Shown here: one piece after another, positions 30,267-43,900 of the stretch
How the letters are laid out: every line of letters starts with the position of its first letter
How positions within the stretch are numbered: the stretch's first letter is position 1
NCBI GenBank assembly: GCA_015055745.1
Contig: SVHS01000002.1
Coordinates: 62,534-126,533, forward strand
DNA from: Clostridiales bacterium
GTDB taxonomy: Bacteria > Bacillota > Clostridia > Christensenellales > UBA1242
Length of the DNA stretch: 64,000 bases
Direction: 5' to 3'
Made by a program: the position numbers and the translations under genes
Notes under the pieces: generated by a model
Database searches by the model: none
Seen by the model: only the letters and a program-made list of their open reading frames with translations
What the model was told of the DNA's origin: nothing

Positions 30267-31325
30267 TTAATTTGGATTTGATCGACCAACGGAAGAATTT
30301 AATGCATTCCAAGTATTTCTACCCACCACACCATCAGAAGATAGATTGTTTTCAGTCTGGAAAGCTCTCACAGCTCTCTCTGTCTCAGGTCCAAAGATTC
30401 CATCTAAGCTGGTGATAGGATACAAAAAAGATAGTAATAATTTTTGCAAAAATAATACTGCGCTATTTCTACTACCTCGTCTCAATACTGTAGCAGACGG
30501 GTCGATATTCAACAATTTATTCCAAGTATTTCTACCCACTATACCGTCTGCAGTGAGATTATTGTTTCTCTGAAAATCCAACACTGCTCTATAAGTATTG
30601 CCACCAAAGTCTCCGTCCGCTACTAGATTATATCCGTACTGATTAAGAATGTATTGAAGTATGGTGACGAAATTTCCTCTTGAGCCTTGTCTGATGGTAG
30701 GGAAATTATTTAGGCTTCGCGCCACATACGGCACCTGTAAAAATTCGCACACACCCTTGCAAGTCGCCTCACCGACAGCAAGAGTATAATTTGGATTTAT
30801 CATCAGCTTAGCCTCATCGAAGTTTGTCATAAATCCTGCTTCTATAAGCGTAGAAGGGCAATTTACATTACTCAATACCCCTACAGATAATTGACCTACA
30901 AATCTTCCATTAGGATTTGCATTTGCTATTATAGATTCATATACTTCTTCGCTCAATTGTCTACTCGCTGTAGGATATGGATTATAAGGACTATAATAAA
31001 CCTCCACACCACGAGCCGAATTGAAATTATTGCCCGAGCCGAATGCATTGTATGCAAATGTGACAAGTAAATTTAATCCAGCACGATTTGCCCTCACCAC
31101 ACGAGTGGAAATATTTACATCTTGTATTTCTGGGTGGATATCATATACTCTAAATCCACACCTTAGGCACGCCAAAATAAAAGCAATCTTTGCCTCTCTA
31201 TTAAATTCATTTTCATAAAAACTCCTACCGATATAAGATATTACTGGAGTACGTTTGCCAGCCGTGGGTGGATTTAACCCATGCTCGTCATTTGCACCTA
31301 TTAAAAAATCTCTCGCGTTTGCCAT
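30267..31325 (-). CDS. N-acetylmuramoyl-L-alanine amidase-like protein (Amidase_3 plus two PG-binding domains)
   Basis: EHG, ENEFN, RVVRAN, ARGVEVY, LIEAGFMTN; two DG.FG..T..AV..FQ....L..DG.VG..TW repeats. Confidence 0.88.
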   Translation of the reverse strand: MANARDFLIGANDEHGLNPPTAGKRTPVISYIGRSFYENEFNREAKIAFILACLRCGFRVYDIHPEIQDVNISTRVVRANRAGLNLLVTFAYNAFGSGNNFNSARGVEVYYSPYNPYPTASRQLSEEVYESIIANANPNGRFVGQLSVGVLSNVNCPSTLIEAGFMTNFDEAKLMINPNYTLAVGEATCKGVCEFLQVPYVARSLNNFPTIRQGSRGNFVTILQYILNQYGYNLVADGDFGGNTYRAVLDFQRNNNLTADGIVGRNTWNKLLNIDPSATVLRRGSRNSAVLFLQKLLLSFLYPITSLDGIFGPETERAVRAFQTENNLSSDGVVGRNTWNALNSSVGRSNPN

Positions 31326-31339
31326 ATTTACCTCATCAT

Positions 31340-31367
31340 TACATATGATAATACGCGTTTATTTGTT
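31340..31367 (-). promoter_or_regulatory. sigK-type promoter of the amidase gene
   Basis: AACA-16 nt-CATATGTA upstream of a GAGG RBS. Confidence 0.55.
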
Positions 31368-31388
31368 AAAAAAATCCACATGTGTGGA

Positions 31389-31988
31389 TTATTTTATAGA
31401 TTCATCTAGATAGACTGCTTCCATATCTGAAATGTGAAATAACACAGCTGTAGGATATCTATTGAACGCATCTGCCATATCACTACTGCCTTGATTTCTT
31501 GGGTCAAAACCTCCCATATGCCAGTTTATAGCCATCGCTTCTTCACGAGTGAGTCTCATGTATCCACTGATGATATACACAGATTTTTCACCATGACCGT
31601 ATGGGAGTGAATTGTTGTACGCATAGTAAGGCACTTGTATCCACTGACCGTCCACTTTCTGATTTCTATAGTCGACATTGTATGTATTTACTTTACATAA
31701 ATCATGTAGCAATGCAATAATCGCTATACTTTCGTCAGAGATTACTTCAAAATATTTTTCACCATACTCCTTTATGATGTTTTTCTTGTATCTATGATAA
31801 GTGTTTAACGAATGAAAGCAAAGTCCGCCCTCAAACGCACTGTGTCTCCTACCGCTCGCAGGCGCGACGAAAAAGTCACTATGGTTTGTGAGATAATCTA
31901 GCAACGCATTCGCACCCTCACGCTTGATATTATCTGTAAATATCTTGATAAACTCAGTCTTGTAATCAATCATTGTTTTTTCTTCCAT
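31389..31988 (-). CDS. HD-domain phosphohydrolase
   Basis: H..FEGGL..HS, LLHDLCK, GHGEKS, AINWHMG, HISD. Confidence 0.88.
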   Translation of the reverse strand: MEEKTMIDYKTEFIKIFTDNIKREGANALLDYLTNHSDFFVAPASGRRHSAFEGGLCFHSLNTYHRYKKNIIKEYGEKYFEVISDESIAIIALLHDLCKVNTYNVDYRNQKVDGQWIQVPYYAYNNSLPYGHGEKSVYIISGYMRLTREEAMAINWHMGGFDPRNQGSSDMADAFNRYPTAVLFHISDMEAVYLDESIK

Positions 31989-31997
31989 GCTTTCCTC

Positions 31998-33305
31998 CTA
32001 TCTTTTTACATATGTAGTGTGCAGATATTTCTTAGCCTTGTCACTAAGTGGACTAGTCAAGAAATTTTGATACACTCTCTGTATACTTTCATTTTCATGA
32101 CAGCTCTTGACCGACATGTTTTCATCTGCATTGTACAACGCGTCACCGCGCTTGGTGACTGCGGTATCATTGTCATATTGCTTTGGCTGACCACCACCGC
32201 CGACACAGCCATTCGGACAAGCCATCACTTCTATCATGTCATAATTTTTGGTTTTTAATTTATCTAGTACTGAGCGTGCTGCGTTTGTGCCAAATATTAC
32301 ACAAAGTTTCACTTCTTTGCCACAAAGATTTACTTTTGCAGTCTTGATATCAGTGTATCCTCGTAATTTTTTGAAATGCAACAAATCTTTAGGCGGATTT
32401 TCTCCAGTAGTCATGTAGTAAGCCGTCCTCACAGCCGCTTCCATGACTCCTCCGCTAGTGCCAAATATCACACCCGCACCACTTCCTGTAGGGAAAAACT
32501 CATCAAACTCGCTGTCTTTTTGAGCTTTTAGATTTATCTTTTGTTTTTTCAAAAGTCTTGCCATTTCTCTAGCAGTAATCACGAGATCTGTATCTCTACC
32601 ATAAAATTCGCTAAGCTCAGGTCTCTTTATCTCAAACTTTTTTGCGACACAAGGGGTTACAGCGACGAGATAAATATTTTTTGGATCTATATTTTTTTCA
32701 TTAGCGAAATAATTTTTTACCATGCTTGACAGCATAGATATCGGACTCTTACAGCTTGATAAATTTGGTATATACTGCGGATAAAATGTCTCGACGAATT
32801 TCACCCACGCTGGACAACAGCTAGTAAATTGAGGCAAAGTCTTGCCATTTTGTATGCGGTCGATAAGCTCACTCGCCTCTTCCATAATAGTGAGATCAGC
32901 TCCGGTCGTCACATCAAATACATAATTCGCCCCGAGTTTCTTGAGACTAGATACCATCTTGCCAGCTACAAACTCTCCCATAGGTAAATCAAAAGCTTCC
33001 CCAAGGGACACTCTCACTGCTGGGCTAGTCATCAATATAACTATCTTGTTCTCGTCTTTTATCGCATCTAATAAAAGCTGAGTATCGTCTTGCTCCACGA
33101 TAGACTCTACGGGGCAAACATTGGCACATTGGCCACAGTTTATACACACGATATCTTCACTATCGTATGTCCAATAGCCTGCCACACCAATTTTCTTTTT
33201 GCACACATCTTTACATTTGCCACACAATACACACTTGCTTTCACGCCTTTTAATGCTAGGGTTGTCATGTGCGATAGGCACTCTTATCTCGCTGTATTTA
33301 TCCAT
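31998..33305 (-). CDS. Monomeric [FeFe] hydrogenase, group A type with two [4Fe-4S] clusters
   Basis: Two CxxCxxCxxxC motifs; H-cluster motifs TSCCPAW, TPCVAKKFE, EVMACPNGCVGGGGQP. Confidence 0.93.
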   Translation of the reverse strand: MDKYSEIRVPIAHDNPSIKRRESKCVLCGKCKDVCKKKIGVAGYWTYDSEDIVCINCGQCANVCPVESIVEQDDTQLLLDAIKDENKIVILMTSPAVRVSLGEAFDLPMGEFVAGKMVSSLKKLGANYVFDVTTGADLTIMEEASELIDRIQNGKTLPQFTSCCPAWVKFVETFYPQYIPNLSSCKSPISMLSSMVKNYFANEKNIDPKNIYLVAVTPCVAKKFEIKRPELSEFYGRDTDLVITAREMARLLKKQKINLKAQKDSEFDEFFPTGSGAGVIFGTSGGVMEAAVRTAYYMTTGENPPKDLLHFKKLRGYTDIKTAKVNLCGKEVKLCVIFGTNAARSVLDKLKTKNYDMIEVMACPNGCVGGGGQPKQYDNDTAVTKRGDALYNADENMSVKSCHENESIQRVYQNFLTSPLSDKAKKYLHTTYVKR

Positions 33306-33324
33306 AATTTTCTCCTTTGTAAAA

Positions 33325-34575
33325 TTATTGATTCAAAGCCTTGATGTCTTTACCCTCATTGTAGTCTCTTACGCTGGTCACAAAATTTGCCACCGCTTGA
33401 ATCTTCTCATAAAAATTTTTCATATTTTTAGGTCGTCTAAATAGTGACACATTGTATTCTTCTCTTAGTTTTTTCTTAATATCAAATACGGATAGGATAT
33501 CATCTTCCTCGTCATAAATCAAAGCTAGATTTGCCTTGCTATCAAAAGTAATACCTCTCTCACGGATCAACATAGTGATAGGCTCAAATCCAATACTTAT
33601 GCCGACAGCTGGCACATCTACGCCAGTGATTTTACCTATCATCTTGTCGTATCGACCGCCTCCACCTATTGCTCCACCAAAGCCGTCAGTGTAAAACTCA
33701 TACACAGTACCTGTATAATATCCTTGGCCTCGCACGATAGAGATATCAAATCGAATATCAAATCTATCTCCAGTCAAAGTATTGAGAGTATCTATCAGAT
33801 ATTTCACATCAGATACAAGTTTGTCGTCTACACCATATTTCTTAGTAGTCTCAAGTCCATTTCCTAACACATCATTGATGATATCAGTGAGTGCATTGAT
33901 TTTCTCCGCCTCAAATCCTTTATCTACCAGCTCCATCACCACACCAGATACTGCGATTTTGTCTATCTTGTCTAGGGTGACACACACAGTATTTAGCTCA
34001 CCGTCTTCAAAACCTGCATATTTCACCAATTGATTTAATATCGCACGATTGTTTATCTTGAGAGTAAGAGAGTCAAACCCGATAGACTCATATGTGTCGA
34101 GCGCCGTCTTGAGTAGCTCCAGCTCAGCATTGATACTCGTATCACCAAATACATCAATATCACACTGGACAAACTGTCTCTCTCTGCCTCTCTGCGGTCT
34201 CTCCGCTCTAAAAGAATAATCTATCTGTATTGACTTGAATGGGGTAGGCAGCTTTTCACGATTGTTGGCATAAAATCTTGCCAATGGCACAGTCAAGTCA
34301 TATCTAAGTCCCTCTTCTACTATGTCTGCCTCTGTGATATTCTCTTTGGTCAAATCTAGCTTGTCTCCGCGCTTCACTGTCTTAAACATCAGCTTGAGAT
34401 TATCTCCACCATCACTCATATTCAAAAGCTCCAAGTTTTCCAATATCGGCGTGGTGATAAGATTGTATCCATTGCTCTGATAGTTTGACAAAATCTTCTG
34501 TCTTACTATCTCTCTTATCTTCGCCTCTTTGGGTAAATAATCATTTGTTCCTCTGATAGGACTATAGTTTTTCAT
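33325..34575 (-). CDS. hisS: Histidyl-tRNA synthetase
   Basis: RGTND, LRYDLTVPLAR, FRAERPQRGR.RQF.QCD, RG..YYTG, GGGRYD. Confidence 0.96.
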   Translation of the reverse strand: MKNYSPIRGTNDYLPKEAKIREIVRQKILSNYQSNGYNLITTPILENLELLNMSDGGDNLKLMFKTVKRGDKLDLTKENITEADIVEEGLRYDLTVPLARFYANNREKLPTPFKSIQIDYSFRAERPQRGRERQFVQCDIDVFGDTSINAELELLKTALDTYESIGFDSLTLKINNRAILNQLVKYAGFEDGELNTVCVTLDKIDKIAVSGVVMELVDKGFEAEKINALTDIINDVLGNGLETTKKYGVDDKLVSDVKYLIDTLNTLTGDRFDIRFDISIVRGQGYYTGTVYEFYTDGFGGAIGGGGRYDKMIGKITGVDVPAVGISIGFEPITMLIRERGITFDSKANLALIYDEEDDILSVFDIKKKLREEYNVSLFRRPKNMKNFYEKIQAVANFVTSVRDYNEGKDIKALNQ

Positions 34576-34653
34576 TTTGTTCTCCTAAAATTATCTATAT
34601 TATAAGTAATAATAGGTAAATTGTCAATCATTTGCCATTAATGTGATTTATGA

Positions 34654-34684
34654 AAAAATACTTAGCGAAATGCTAAGTATTTTT
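34654..34684 (-). terminator. Terminator after veg
   Basis: AAAAATACTTAGC-GAAAT-GCTAAGTATTTTT. Confidence 0.75.
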
Positions 34685-34923
34685 CAATCATTAGATATCT
34701 TGACTTCTCCACAGAGGATATCGTTGTATGAATAAGTGTAGATAGAGTCTATGTCGAGTGAGCATGACTTGACTGTAAACACACTCGCATACACGTCCTC
34801 TATCCTCGCACGATAGCTACTGACCTTTCTTCTGCCTCGATTGATATATAGATTGACCTCTGTGCCTTTGAGTGAAAGGATCTTCTGCTTGATATTGTCT
34901 ACAGTGTTAGGCATTTTTTTCAT
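34684..34923 (-). CDS. veg: Veg family protein
   Basis: NRGRRK.....I..VY.SVFTV...YSY.DIL; start at MKKM after AAGGGGTGG; 0A box at 34970-34976 upstream. Confidence 0.9.
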   Translation of the reverse strand: MKKMPNTVDNIKQKILSLKGTEVNLYINRGRRKVSSYRARIEDVYASVFTVKSCSLDIDSIYTYSYNDILCGEVKISND

Positions 34924-34988
34924 AATCCACCCCTTAATATTTTCTACTAAGGATTGGATAATAATCACCTTCGACAAATCTAGACAAA

Positions 34989-37900
34989 TTATTTATGCCA
35001 TGTCTTAGAAGTAGGAAGTGTATTTGTAATAGTCGCCTGTCTGATCATTTGGCGTCTCTTTCTCTTTACTAGATATATAGTGAGAATGATGATGATTAAT
35101 AACACTAGACCACCTACTATACCCAGCACTATCCAGAGAGTATTGTTGACTACCTTCTCTGCGTAGACTAATATAGCATAGTCATTTAATGCTAAGATAG
35201 CCTTATCATGATTTTTTATCATACGACTAACATCTGTCAATTCTCCATCGAAGCAGTAGATACCGCCACCAGATAAATCAAACTCGTCCGTAATATAAAT
35301 AGTATAGTTATCGTGTATAAACTCCTTGCCATTTTTCATTAGCTTGATGACTGTGATATGTGAGATATTTTGTATATCATCGAAGACTTCTCCTAGATAA
35401 GTCTTGATCTCAGACTCTTCTGTAATTGTAAATATCTTTATCTCCACGCCTTCATCAAAGCCTGCGTTTGACTCTACATATAGACCTTTTATCTCTGAGG
35501 TCAAAACTGAAGCTTTGACATACACATGAGTCTCACTCTCTCCACCGATCTTATACATAGTATTTGTCATAGCCACGATCACTGTATATCTTCCGCTCTT
35601 GTTTATGTCTTGTACTACAGCACCAGATGCGTCTTTATATGTGATAGTGTATAGTGAGCTGCTCAAAATAGTATTATTATACTTTGCTTTCACTGATATA
35701 TTGAGATTGGTATTTACGCCTTCGACTAAAGTATTTTGACCACCAAATATAACTTCTGTTTCCACATAAGCATATATCGTCATAGAGCCAGTCACGACTT
35801 CAAAAGAGTCAGACTGCGGAGTAAATGTCCAAGTGACAGTATTATTGCCCGGAATCAAGATTTTTGAGTCAAACTTCATCATACCTTGAGTAGCATAAGT
35901 GGAAGACTTCGTTCCACCATAAGGTATTTCACCAAGGCCAAGATCTTGATCAAATTTGATCTTGGAGATATCCTGTCCAGCATAAAACAACCAATCTTTC
36001 AAATCAATATCAGGAGCTACATTCGGATTAGCTTTTTTCACTGTGTATGTAGCAGTGATAGCGCCAGTCGCATTGTTTTGTCCTGAGATGATAACTGTAT
36101 AATCACCTGCATACTTGATTTCAGACACTTCATCACCTGAGCTATTTTTATATATTACAGTGTAATCATTAGCTGTAAGTTTGTTCCCATTTGACAATGT
36201 TAATGTGATAGTAGGATTTTTATTTAAGCCGTCGTAGTTTGGACTAGCAAATGCAGTCAACATATCGTCAGTCAATACGACTGGATTGATGACATACTCT
36301 GCCGTCCTACTACCAGTCAGTCCATTTTGACCACTGATAGTAAGATAATATGTACCAGCATTTTTTATCTCTGTAGCTACTGTTTGTCTAGTTTCATCAG
36401 TGTAGTATGTCACAATGAAATTACCAGTCATATCTACACCATTTGAAGTCAATGTGATAGTAGCTTTTTGTTCTGTACCATTATATGTAGTAGCACTTAT
36501 ATTACCTACTGTGATAGCTGCGTCTGAGATATCTCTCTGTGATATGCTAAATGTAATACGCGCAGAGCTAGCATAATTGTTTTTACCAGTAATCTCGATA
36601 GTACCTGTGATACCCGCGGCGATATTTTCACCATAAGTCACAGTATAGTCATTCGCAGTCAGACCTGTCTCTTTTATTGTCAATGTAGGACAGATCTGCG
36701 TACCTGTATACACCTGACTTGTCACTGCTTCAAACATTTCTACAGTAATAGTCTTCGGAGTAATAATATAAGTAGTGGTTATTGTTCCTCCAAAATTTCC
36801 TTGTCCTCTTATAGTCAAGGTATAAGCGCGAGCGTTGATAGGAGTCTGGTCGTACTCCACTTCATAATCCACGCCTTCTACCATAGGAATAGTATCATAG
36901 CTCATGCTTAGAGTAGTTTTTTGCTCTGAGCCATTATATATTACATCACTAGGCTTAATAGTGAGCATACTGTCTTCCAAATTCTTGGCCGAGATAGTAA
37001 ATGTAGACTTCAATTCACCAGCAAAGTTTCCTTCTCCTGTGATAGTAAGATAATATGTACCAGCATTGATTACATTAGTAGTCTCATCATTTCTTTCGCT
37101 GTCAGTATAATATTTCACGGTGTAATCATCAAGATCCAAAGTATAATCACCTAGCGTCAATGTGATATCTGCAGTTTGCTCTGAGCCAGTATAAGGCTTA
37201 GACTCTATAATCGCTAGCATATCATTAGACAATGTCCTCTGTACAATCTCAAATGTAAATATGAATCCACCGCTATATTTTGAGCTAGCGATATCATCAA
37301 ATGATACTGAGACTGTAGCTGTGCCCACATTGGTATTATTTGTAAATGAGACTGTGAAATCAGTATCTTTTTCGAGCTGATTGCCACCTATAGAAATCTT
37401 GATTTCTGGACAGATAGCTGAGCCAGTGTATTGTTGATCCGCGATAGGTTCTACATCTACATAATCTGTGTAATTATCCTGATTGATACCCACTTTTACG
37501 ATGTAAAAGTAGATATTGACAGATCCGCTAAAGTTTCCATTTGCGGGGGCGGTATATGTAATACTAGCTAATCCTTCACTTGTATTACCCACATAGTTCA
37601 GTTCACTAGTCTCATAAGTCTGTCCATTGTAGCGGATAGTCAATGTCGGAGTAATAGCCTCTCCTGTATACATTTGATCTGCGATGTACCAGTGACCAGT
37701 ATCGTCTCCAGATATCTGATAAGCCTGATGATCTCCACAGTAAATCATATCCTCACTGATAGCTTTTGGAGTGATAGTGATTTCTGCATCGATACTGCTA
37801 GTATAATTTCCTTGTCCTGAGATAGTGAGATAATATGTACCAGCATTGATTACATTAGTAGCTTCGGTCTCCCTAACGCTATCTGTATAATAAGTCACAG

Positions 37901-40900
37901 TATAATCATCTGTAGCTAAAGTATTACCATTTGCGTCAAGAATACTCATATCCAACACAAGTTCATTGCCAGTAAATGTATAGCTATCTGTCAAGATAGG
38001 AGTGATATCTGAGATGTCATATTGCGTGATTTCATATGTTGTATACAATTCACTATCTGCTAGCTCATAATTACCTTTCGCTTTTGGCACAATCTGCACC
38101 TTCACTTTGATAACATCAGTGACTGGAAGAGCTACAGGTTCTCCTTCCTCATCGGTGTAATTAATATTATACTCGCTAGCATATACTACACCACCATCAT
38201 TGTCATAGACAGCCACTGTAAAGGTATGCTCTTCTCCATCGTATACGACACTATCTTCAGATAATGTCACACTTGTGATTTTCTTTTTGGTGATAGTAAA
38301 TGGTATGTCCACACTGCCAGTATAATTATTATCTTCTGCGCTAATAGTCACAGTAGCTTCACCCACATTGACGTGGTCACTATAAGCAAGACTATATCCT
38401 ATCTCATCAGTGATATCTTCACCATTCCATAAGATAGTGACAGTAGGTTTATTTTCCTCACCACTATAAATGTAGCTATCTTGACTTAACTCTATAGTCA
38501 AATCAGATAAATCTTTTGGAGTGATAATGTATTGAGTGTTCAATTCACTACCATCTGCCAAATAATAATTTCCATCTTCATTTGGCACCACTTTTATAGC
38601 GATAGTCATGGCATTTACAAATGGAGCAAATATCTCCGTCTCTTCATTGTAATACTTTAGAGTATATTCATCATCACTTACCACTGAGCCGTCTACATCT
38701 GTGACAGTAATAGTAAAGTCATGAGCCTCTCTAAAATATTCACCTTCAGATTTATTGATAGTTATACCGCTTAGCAATTTTTTATCGATAGTAAAATCTA
38801 TCTCTCTAGTGCCAGTATAGTTTCCTGTACCATTGATTATGATAGTGTAGGTGCCAGCATTCTTGATTTCAGACACTTCATTACCTAAGCTGTCTTTGTA
38901 TGCCACATTGTAATCAGTACTCTCTACTAGTGACATACCCTCATAAGTCATATCAATCTCCGGCTTTTGCTCTGCACCACTGTATACTTTATTTTCTATA
39001 TCAGCTAGAGATACATCAGTCGAAGAAATGTCCTTGGCTTTGATATTAAATTTTAATGCAAGTGAGCCAGTATAATTACCTTTAAATGTCACATAAGCGA
39101 TAGCTTTGTTTGTTTCATTTGTAGCATTTACATTGTTGTCGTATGTGAGTGTATAGTCTGTACCTGCCTCCAATGTAAAATTCTTGTTAGGTTCTATCGT
39201 AGAAGTAGCCGTAGATAGCCCTGGAGTCCAAGGCTTGCCATTGTATATTCTATTATCACTATCTTGTATAGCCACATTTACAGCACTATTCTCATCATCT
39301 ATGACAGTATAAGGATAGATAGTGAAATGCTTACACACATAAGTCTCTTGGAAATTTTCTCCCAAACCTTGCAAGAACACCATCGCTGTACCAGCATTGA
39401 TATTTTGAGCATAGCCATTCACCACATCTACAGTGTATTTTTCTCCGTTTTCGTTTTCTAGAGTCAATTCCCCTGTATAATCATACACACTAAAGTCTGT
39501 ACCCCAAACCAAATCGATAGGTTCTGCACCTGGCTTCGTGTATGTCACTGCTATATCTTCAGCACTTAATGTGATAGCCTGACCGTCATATATAAATTTA
39601 TCTTTTATAGCACCTGTAGCCTCTACGGTTTCTATGATAGTGATATCTATAGTCTCACTAGTAAACTCAGCAGCTACTACTTGGAATTCAGGACTATAAG
39701 TATCGGTATAATTTCCTTCCGCCACTATACTCATGACATAAGTATCCACTTGCTTAAAGTCTGTAAACTGATGATTTTTAGACTCTATCGTATAAGTATA
39801 GTCAGTATCATTGCTATTTAATGTTTCAGTGGTAGTACCATTATTGAAGATAATCTCAGGAGCAAGTAATTGTCCCACATATACTTGTGCTCCAGCAGTC
39901 TCTCTATCGTAGTAGACTTCTGTAGCACTTGCATTGCCGTATTGGTCTACTTGATTGCCATTTTCATCTACAAAGTAATATCTAATAGTGATATCGTCAT
40001 CATTGATACTTTTTGGATATATCACAAAGTCTGCATATGCATAGCCTTTGTAGTTTAGATTATCTCCGGCTTGCACCAATACTCTGATAGTACCAGCTGA
40101 TGTAAAGTCCGCAGTAGTCTGCCAGCCACTTGTACCTTCTCTTTGATATGAGACTATATAATCGTCAGCATCTAGAGTAAGATGATTTTCAGTCTTTACA
40201 GCACCGATGACGATTTGATCTTCTAGACTAGATATATTGTATGTGGCATATGTTATGTTATTTTTAAATGTCACTGTACTGATAGTAGCAGGTAAGATTT
40301 CTATCTCGCCGATTTTTCCGTCAATAGAAGCATCTACAAAATTTGTACTATTAGACTTCACCACCACTCTGATGACACCTGCTGATGTAAAGTCTGTAGT
40401 ATTCTGCCACACTCCACCATTATTTTCACGCTGGTAAACCACTGTATACTCATCAGCATCTAGTGTGACATCTCCAGCTTTGACTGTGATATTGATATTA
40501 TGAGTCTGACCATTGTACACAGTATTACTCATAGATAGTGTGACTGTATCGATAGTCAATGGCTCTATACTAAACTCAAGCTCGATAGAGTCAGTATAGT
40601 TTCCTTGTCCTGTGATAGTAAGTGTAGCTGTGCCTACCTCTTGGTTCCCTTGGTATGCAATTGTATAATCCTTATAGCTATCACTAGATACAAGATAACT
40701 AGACAGATTATTATCATAGATCTTAAGACTGGGAAATGTGATACTTCCTCCAGTATAATCTACTGTATCATCAAATCCTTCCAATGTGTAGCCATCACCA
40801 GATGACAATACTTTTTGATCTATAAAATATGTAGCTTTTTGCGTACCGCTATAGTTTGCGTTTATAGATGTGATGACAATAGTCTTTTCACCTGCGTTAG

Positions 40901-43900
40901 TCGTATCTGTAGGATATGAAACAGTGAAGTCAACATCTTCAGTCAAAGTCTGGCCATCTATCATTACTGTAATACTTGTGGGCTTCTGAGACTTACCATT
41001 GTACACCAATCCAGTCGCTCCACCTAGAGTCACTGTAGCTGTATCAAATGACGCACTGGCAATAGTGAATGTAGTAGTCTTGCTATCAGTATAATTACCT
41101 TGTCCTGTGATAGTGATAGTAGCTTCACCCTTAGCAGTATTATCTGCATAAGTGAGTGTATAGTCAGTATCTTTTACAAGCGAATAATCACCATCTTTCA
41201 TCACTACATCAGGAGTAAAAGCTGAACCATTGTATACATAGCTTCCTTCTACTGTGGCACTCAATGAATCTATACTCTTTGGCTCGATAATATAAGTCGT
41301 CTCTATCGTACCGATATAATTACCTTGTCCTAAGATAGAGACATAATATGTACCCGCATTGATTACATCGGTGACCTCAGTCTCCCTTTCGCTGTCTGTA
41401 TAGTATTTTACTGTATAATCACTGTCTAATAATACATTGTTATTGCTGTCTGTAATGGTGATATTCGGTAGATTTTCTTCTCTGTCGTATTCACTATCCG
41501 CTAAAGACAGTGAAATACTAGATATATCATAAGGAGCGATAGTAAATATCTTAGTAATAGTACCAGTAAAGCTATTTAGTCCTGTGATTGTATAAGTCAC
41601 ACTACCAGCATTGATATAGTCAAAGCTATCATTACTCAATGTCACTTTATAATCAGTATTTTCTTTCAGTACCACACCTGTGCTAGAATATACAGTATAG
41701 GTTGGTTTTTGTTGTTTAGCATTGTATGTAGCAGAATCTATCGACAATACTGCACTAGATATAGCACCTTTACCGATGACAAATGTAGTAGATGCACTGC
41801 CTGTAAAGTTTTTATTAGTATCTTGAGGAGCGATTGTCACAGTGGCTGTAGTAGCAGAATTATTGTCAGTATACGAGATAGTGAAATCATCAAAGTCTGT
41901 GACAGTCACACCTCCAATAGTCATGCTTGTGACATTCGGAGTGATAGCTTCACCAGCATAAGTGTATTCACTACCTTCCAAAACAATAGTAGCTCCTGTG
42001 ATATTCAATGCTGTGATGCTAAACATATCTTCTATCGTTTTTTCATCAGTGTAATTATTTCCTATACCTGTAAATGTACAAGTATAAGTGCCAACATTGA
42101 TAGGATCAACATCAAAGCTCACTTCAAAATCTGTATTTTCCACCAATGTCCTACCATTTACGATTACAGTGAATGTCGGTCTTTGAGCCATAGCATTGTA
42201 TGTAAATGTAGATTTATTTTGTTGTATATTTGCATCAACTAAGCTAGCCTTATTGATAGTAAATTCTATAGATTTAGAGTCAGTGTATTTGAGAGTATCA
42301 GTAGGATATATATACATCTTGTATGTACCAGCATTGACAGGCTCAGCTTCATTAGCTAGATCACTAGCTAAGAAATATTTTACTGTATAATCACCACTAT
42401 TGATAGTGAAATCTCCTAGTTTTATAGATGTGATAGCTGGTGTCTGAATTTGTCCATTGTATGTAAATGAATTAGTATTGATCACCACGTCTAGATAACT
42501 AAATGATTTTTGTAGTATTTCAAAAGAAATTTGTTTCGTGCTAGTATAATTATTTTGTCCTGTGATAGTGATATATGCTGTACCAGCATTTGTATTGTTG
42601 CTGTAGCTAACTATATAATCTGTACCGTTTATTAGAGTCTTGGTCTCACCGTTGATAGTATCTTTCACTATAGGTTCTGGAGTGATAGCACTACCTGTAT
42701 AATCATAGTCAGGTATATCGTCGACACTGACATTATTGATATCTTTAGGATTTACTGTGATAGGTATAGTCGTGCTACCCATATAATTTCCGCTACCGGT
42801 CAATACATATGCATAATCCCCACCGACTGTAGGAGTACCTCTGTATGTAATAGCGATACCGTCTGCTGGTAGCTCGATGACATATCCACCCATATTTACA
42901 AACACGATACTCTCCAAAGTAGGAGCACCATCTCCATATGTAATAGTGGTCGTACCAGTACAAGAATCTCTATCTACTGTATAGACAAGCTCAAATGGAG
43001 TAATAAAATAATTAAATGATAGTTCTCCGCTATAATGTCCTTTTCCTCTGATGACAAATGATTTGCTACCTACATTTACATAGTCTGTAGTGTCACTTAG
43101 CACCATTTCGTAGTCCACACCGTAAACCAATGGTTCATTGGTAGCCAGATCTGTCAAATATGTCGTAGGTACATTTGTTTGACCATTGTACTCTACATTA
43201 TCTGCAAACAATACTCCTACTGTGCTACTATTCATATCTGTCACAAGTGTAATATCTATTTCATCTTCCAGCTCTGAATCGCTTAGCATAGACAATATCG
43301 CACTCTCTGTAGCCTCAGTACCATCTGCCAATCTCCATGAAGTATTAGTTCCGCTACTAGGTAGTGGGCTGACAGTAGTCAAATTGTCCCACGTACCATC
43401 ATTAGCCTTGGTCCAAGTAAGCGCTCTATTGTACAGTTTAGTAATAGTCGTGGTACTGCCTTTTTCGATATAATTAAGCTTTACTTCATAGGTTATATCA
43501 TTTGTGTACTCACTAAAAACATCTAGATTTAATATTTTATTGTACACTGTGCTGTTTTTAAAAATTATATTTTCTAAATTTTCACAACCATCAAAAGTAT
43601 CAAACCCTAAACCTATATAATCATCAAAATTAATCGCCACCGATACTAGATTAGAACAATTTTTAAATGCGGCACCACCAATATAATTTACTGATTCTGG
43701 TAATATAATCTGTGTTATACCCGTACCTTCAAATATACCAGAATTAACTCTAGTCACATTATCCCCAAATGCCACACTATCTATATCTTCACAATTAACA
43801 AATGTAAATTGTCCATTTGCAAAATCTTGTGTAATATCTATATGACCTTTTACTTCTTCACCTTGTATAATTAACTTTTTTGTGTAGTATGTAGGATTCG

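Noticed and set aside
33325-33540. Short, divergent HisS C-terminal domain as a pseudogene sign
   Set aside because: The frame is intact, the length is normal (416 aa) and the catalytic motifs are present.
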